A DNA stretch of 64,000 nucleotides from Deltaproteobacteria bacterium (GTDB lineage Bacteria > Myxococcota_A > UBA9160 > UBA6930), in NCBI GenBank assembly GCA_031401135.1, contig JANNRF010000294.1, positions 3,393-67,392 on the forward strand, given 5' to 3'. A program made the translations under genes and the position numbers. Positions 62,902 to 64,000 of the stretch are shown here, one piece after another; the first letter of the stretch is position 1; each line of letters begins with the position of its first letter. Below the pieces are notes generated by a model. The model ran no database searches and was not told the origin of the DNA. It was given only the letters and a program-made list of their open reading frames with translations.

Positions 62902-63990
62902 ATGAAAGAACTGCGCGACATCCTCGCTGCCTACACGCACCTCGCTGCGCGCGGCGAGGCGGGCGTGCTCGCGAGCGTCGCGCACGTCGAGGGCTCGACG
63001 TATCGCCGCGCCGGCGCGCGCATGTTGGTGCTGCCCGACGACACGATGGTCGGCCTAATCAGCGGCGGCTGTCTCGAGGGCGACTTGCTCGAACACGCGC
63101 GGCGCGTGCGCGAAACCGGCGTGCCCGCGCTCGTGCAATACGACCACCGCGGCGAAGACGACATCGTGTGGGGCCTCGGGCTCGGCTGCGCGGGCGCCGT
63201 CGATGTCTGGCTCGAGCGCGTGGATGCGCAGAACGCCGGGCCGCTCGCGTGGCTCGGCGCTTGGAATGATGCGCGCGAAAACGGCGCGATTGCGTTGGCG
63301 ATCAGCGGGGCTCGCGCTGGGCAGCGTCGCGCGCTCGGAGCAAAGAGCGGGTTCGCGGGGCCGTTAGGCAACACCGAGATCGACACCGCGCTGCGCGAGT
63401 GCCTAACGACAGGGGCCGGCCGGCGCTTTGCGGCCGGCCCCGGTCAACAAGCTGTTATTGAGGTTGCGCGCGCACCGCTGCGCCTCGCGTTGTTCGGCGC
63501 TGGCCCGGACGCGCTGCCGCTCGCGCGCATCGCGCGCGAGCTCGGCTGGGACGTCGCCGTAATGGATCACCGCGCGGCCTACGCGCTCGCCGAGCGCTTC
63601 CCCGGCGCCGAGGTCCGACACGCCGAAGTGTCGCGCGCCGTCGAACGCGCCGAGGTGGACGCGCGCACCCACGCGGTGGTGATGACGCACAACTACCTGC
63701 ACGACCGCGCGATTCTCGGCGCGCTGCTCGCGACACCCGCGGCCTACATAGCGGTGCTCGGGCCGAAGCAGCGCACGCAGGATTTGCTCGCGGAGATCGC
63801 GAAGGACGGCGCGGGCGTGAGCGAGGAAGACCTTGCGCGCGTGTTCGGCCCGGCGGGCCTCGACCTGGGTGCCGACGCGCCGGCGGAGATCGCGCTCGCG
63901 ATCTGCGCGGAGGTGCAGGCCGTCGCGAGCGGGCGCTCGGGCGGCTGGCTGCGCGAGCGCAAGGGCCCGATCCACGAGCCGGCGGAGTAA
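62902..63990 (+). CDS. XdhC/CoxI family molybdoenzyme maturation factor
   Basis: C-terminal 362 aa of ORF 62632..63990, from ATG 62902. Sequence: LASVAHVEGSTYRRAGARMLV..DDTMVGLISGGCLE...LALFGAGPDALPLARIA...VVMTHNYLHD...YIAVLGPKQR. Confidence 0.88.
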   Translation: MKELRDILAAYTHLAARGEAGVLASVAHVEGSTYRRAGARMLVLPDDTMVGLISGGCLEGDLLEHARRVRETGVPALVQYDHRGEDDIVWGLGLGCAGAVDVWLERVDAQNAGPLAWLGAWNDARENGAIALAISGARAGQRRALGAKSGFAGPLGNTEIDTALRECLTTGAGRRFAAGPGQQAVIEVARAPLRLALFGAGPDALPLARIARELGWDVAVMDHRAAYALAERFPGAEVRHAEVSRAVERAEVDARTHAVVMTHNYLHDRAILGALLATPAAYIAVLGPKQRTQDLLAEIAKDGAGVSEEDLARVFGPAGLDLGADAPAEIALAICAEVQAVASGRSGGWLRERKGPIHEPAE

Positions 63991-64000
63991 CAAGCCGCGA

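Noticed and set aside
2204-63367. The telomere-like hexamer TTAGGG/CCCTAA and GTGTTA/TAACAC seemed frequent.
   Set aside because: My rough counts, about 8-11 per strand or per pair, are close to the composition-based expectation. I do not claim enrichment.
741-63993. Impression that A/T-rich patches are unusually dense or periodic along genes.
   Set aside because: In uvrA they occur about every 200-250 nt. That is roughly what about 30% A/T predicts for runs of four or more A/T. I saw no periodicity. Only the recurrence of identical words is reported.

Overview
High-GC (about 70% by eye, not computed) bacterial chromosomal segment. Gene content resembles GC-rich Myxococcota or Deltaproteobacteria-type genomes; that assignment is inference only. 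I support about 58 protein-coding genes, densely packed, many joined by 4-nt ATGA/GTGA start/stop overlaps. No rRNA, tRNA, CRISPR array, integrase or transposase was recognised. Most long ORFs in the track are antisense or off-frame shadows of real genes, as expected at this GC. Recognisable content: uvrA, a PBP1A-type penicillin-binding protein, a HelD-like helicase, a double-cyclase/AAA/TPR signalling protein, acyl-CoA and lipid metabolism genes, envelope and secreted proteins, and three type II toxin-antitoxin modules, one with a frameshifted toxin. I found no clear, self-contained novel multi-gene system. The observations most worth a second look are: (1) specific A/T-containing 8-14-mers recur as exact copies inside unrelated genes, in different reading frames and built from locally rare codons (TTGTTACGG 11 times, TTATCAGGC 7 times, CCCAATAA 7 times, plus shared 10-14-mers); (2) two families of intergenic repeats, a 46-bp element and a roughly 100-bp long-palindrome element; (3) a 350-bp structured intergenic region with a perfect 25-bp inverted repeat enclosing 100 nt; (4) an 8-gene operon (ceramidase-like, flavodoxin, DUF1272, membrane protein, DJ-1, ferredoxin, CoA-transferase, Imm50-like) divergent from a P450; and (5) several orphan or poorly characterised genes in visibly A/T-richer islets. 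All family calls come from motif recognition by eye on the translations, not from database searches.
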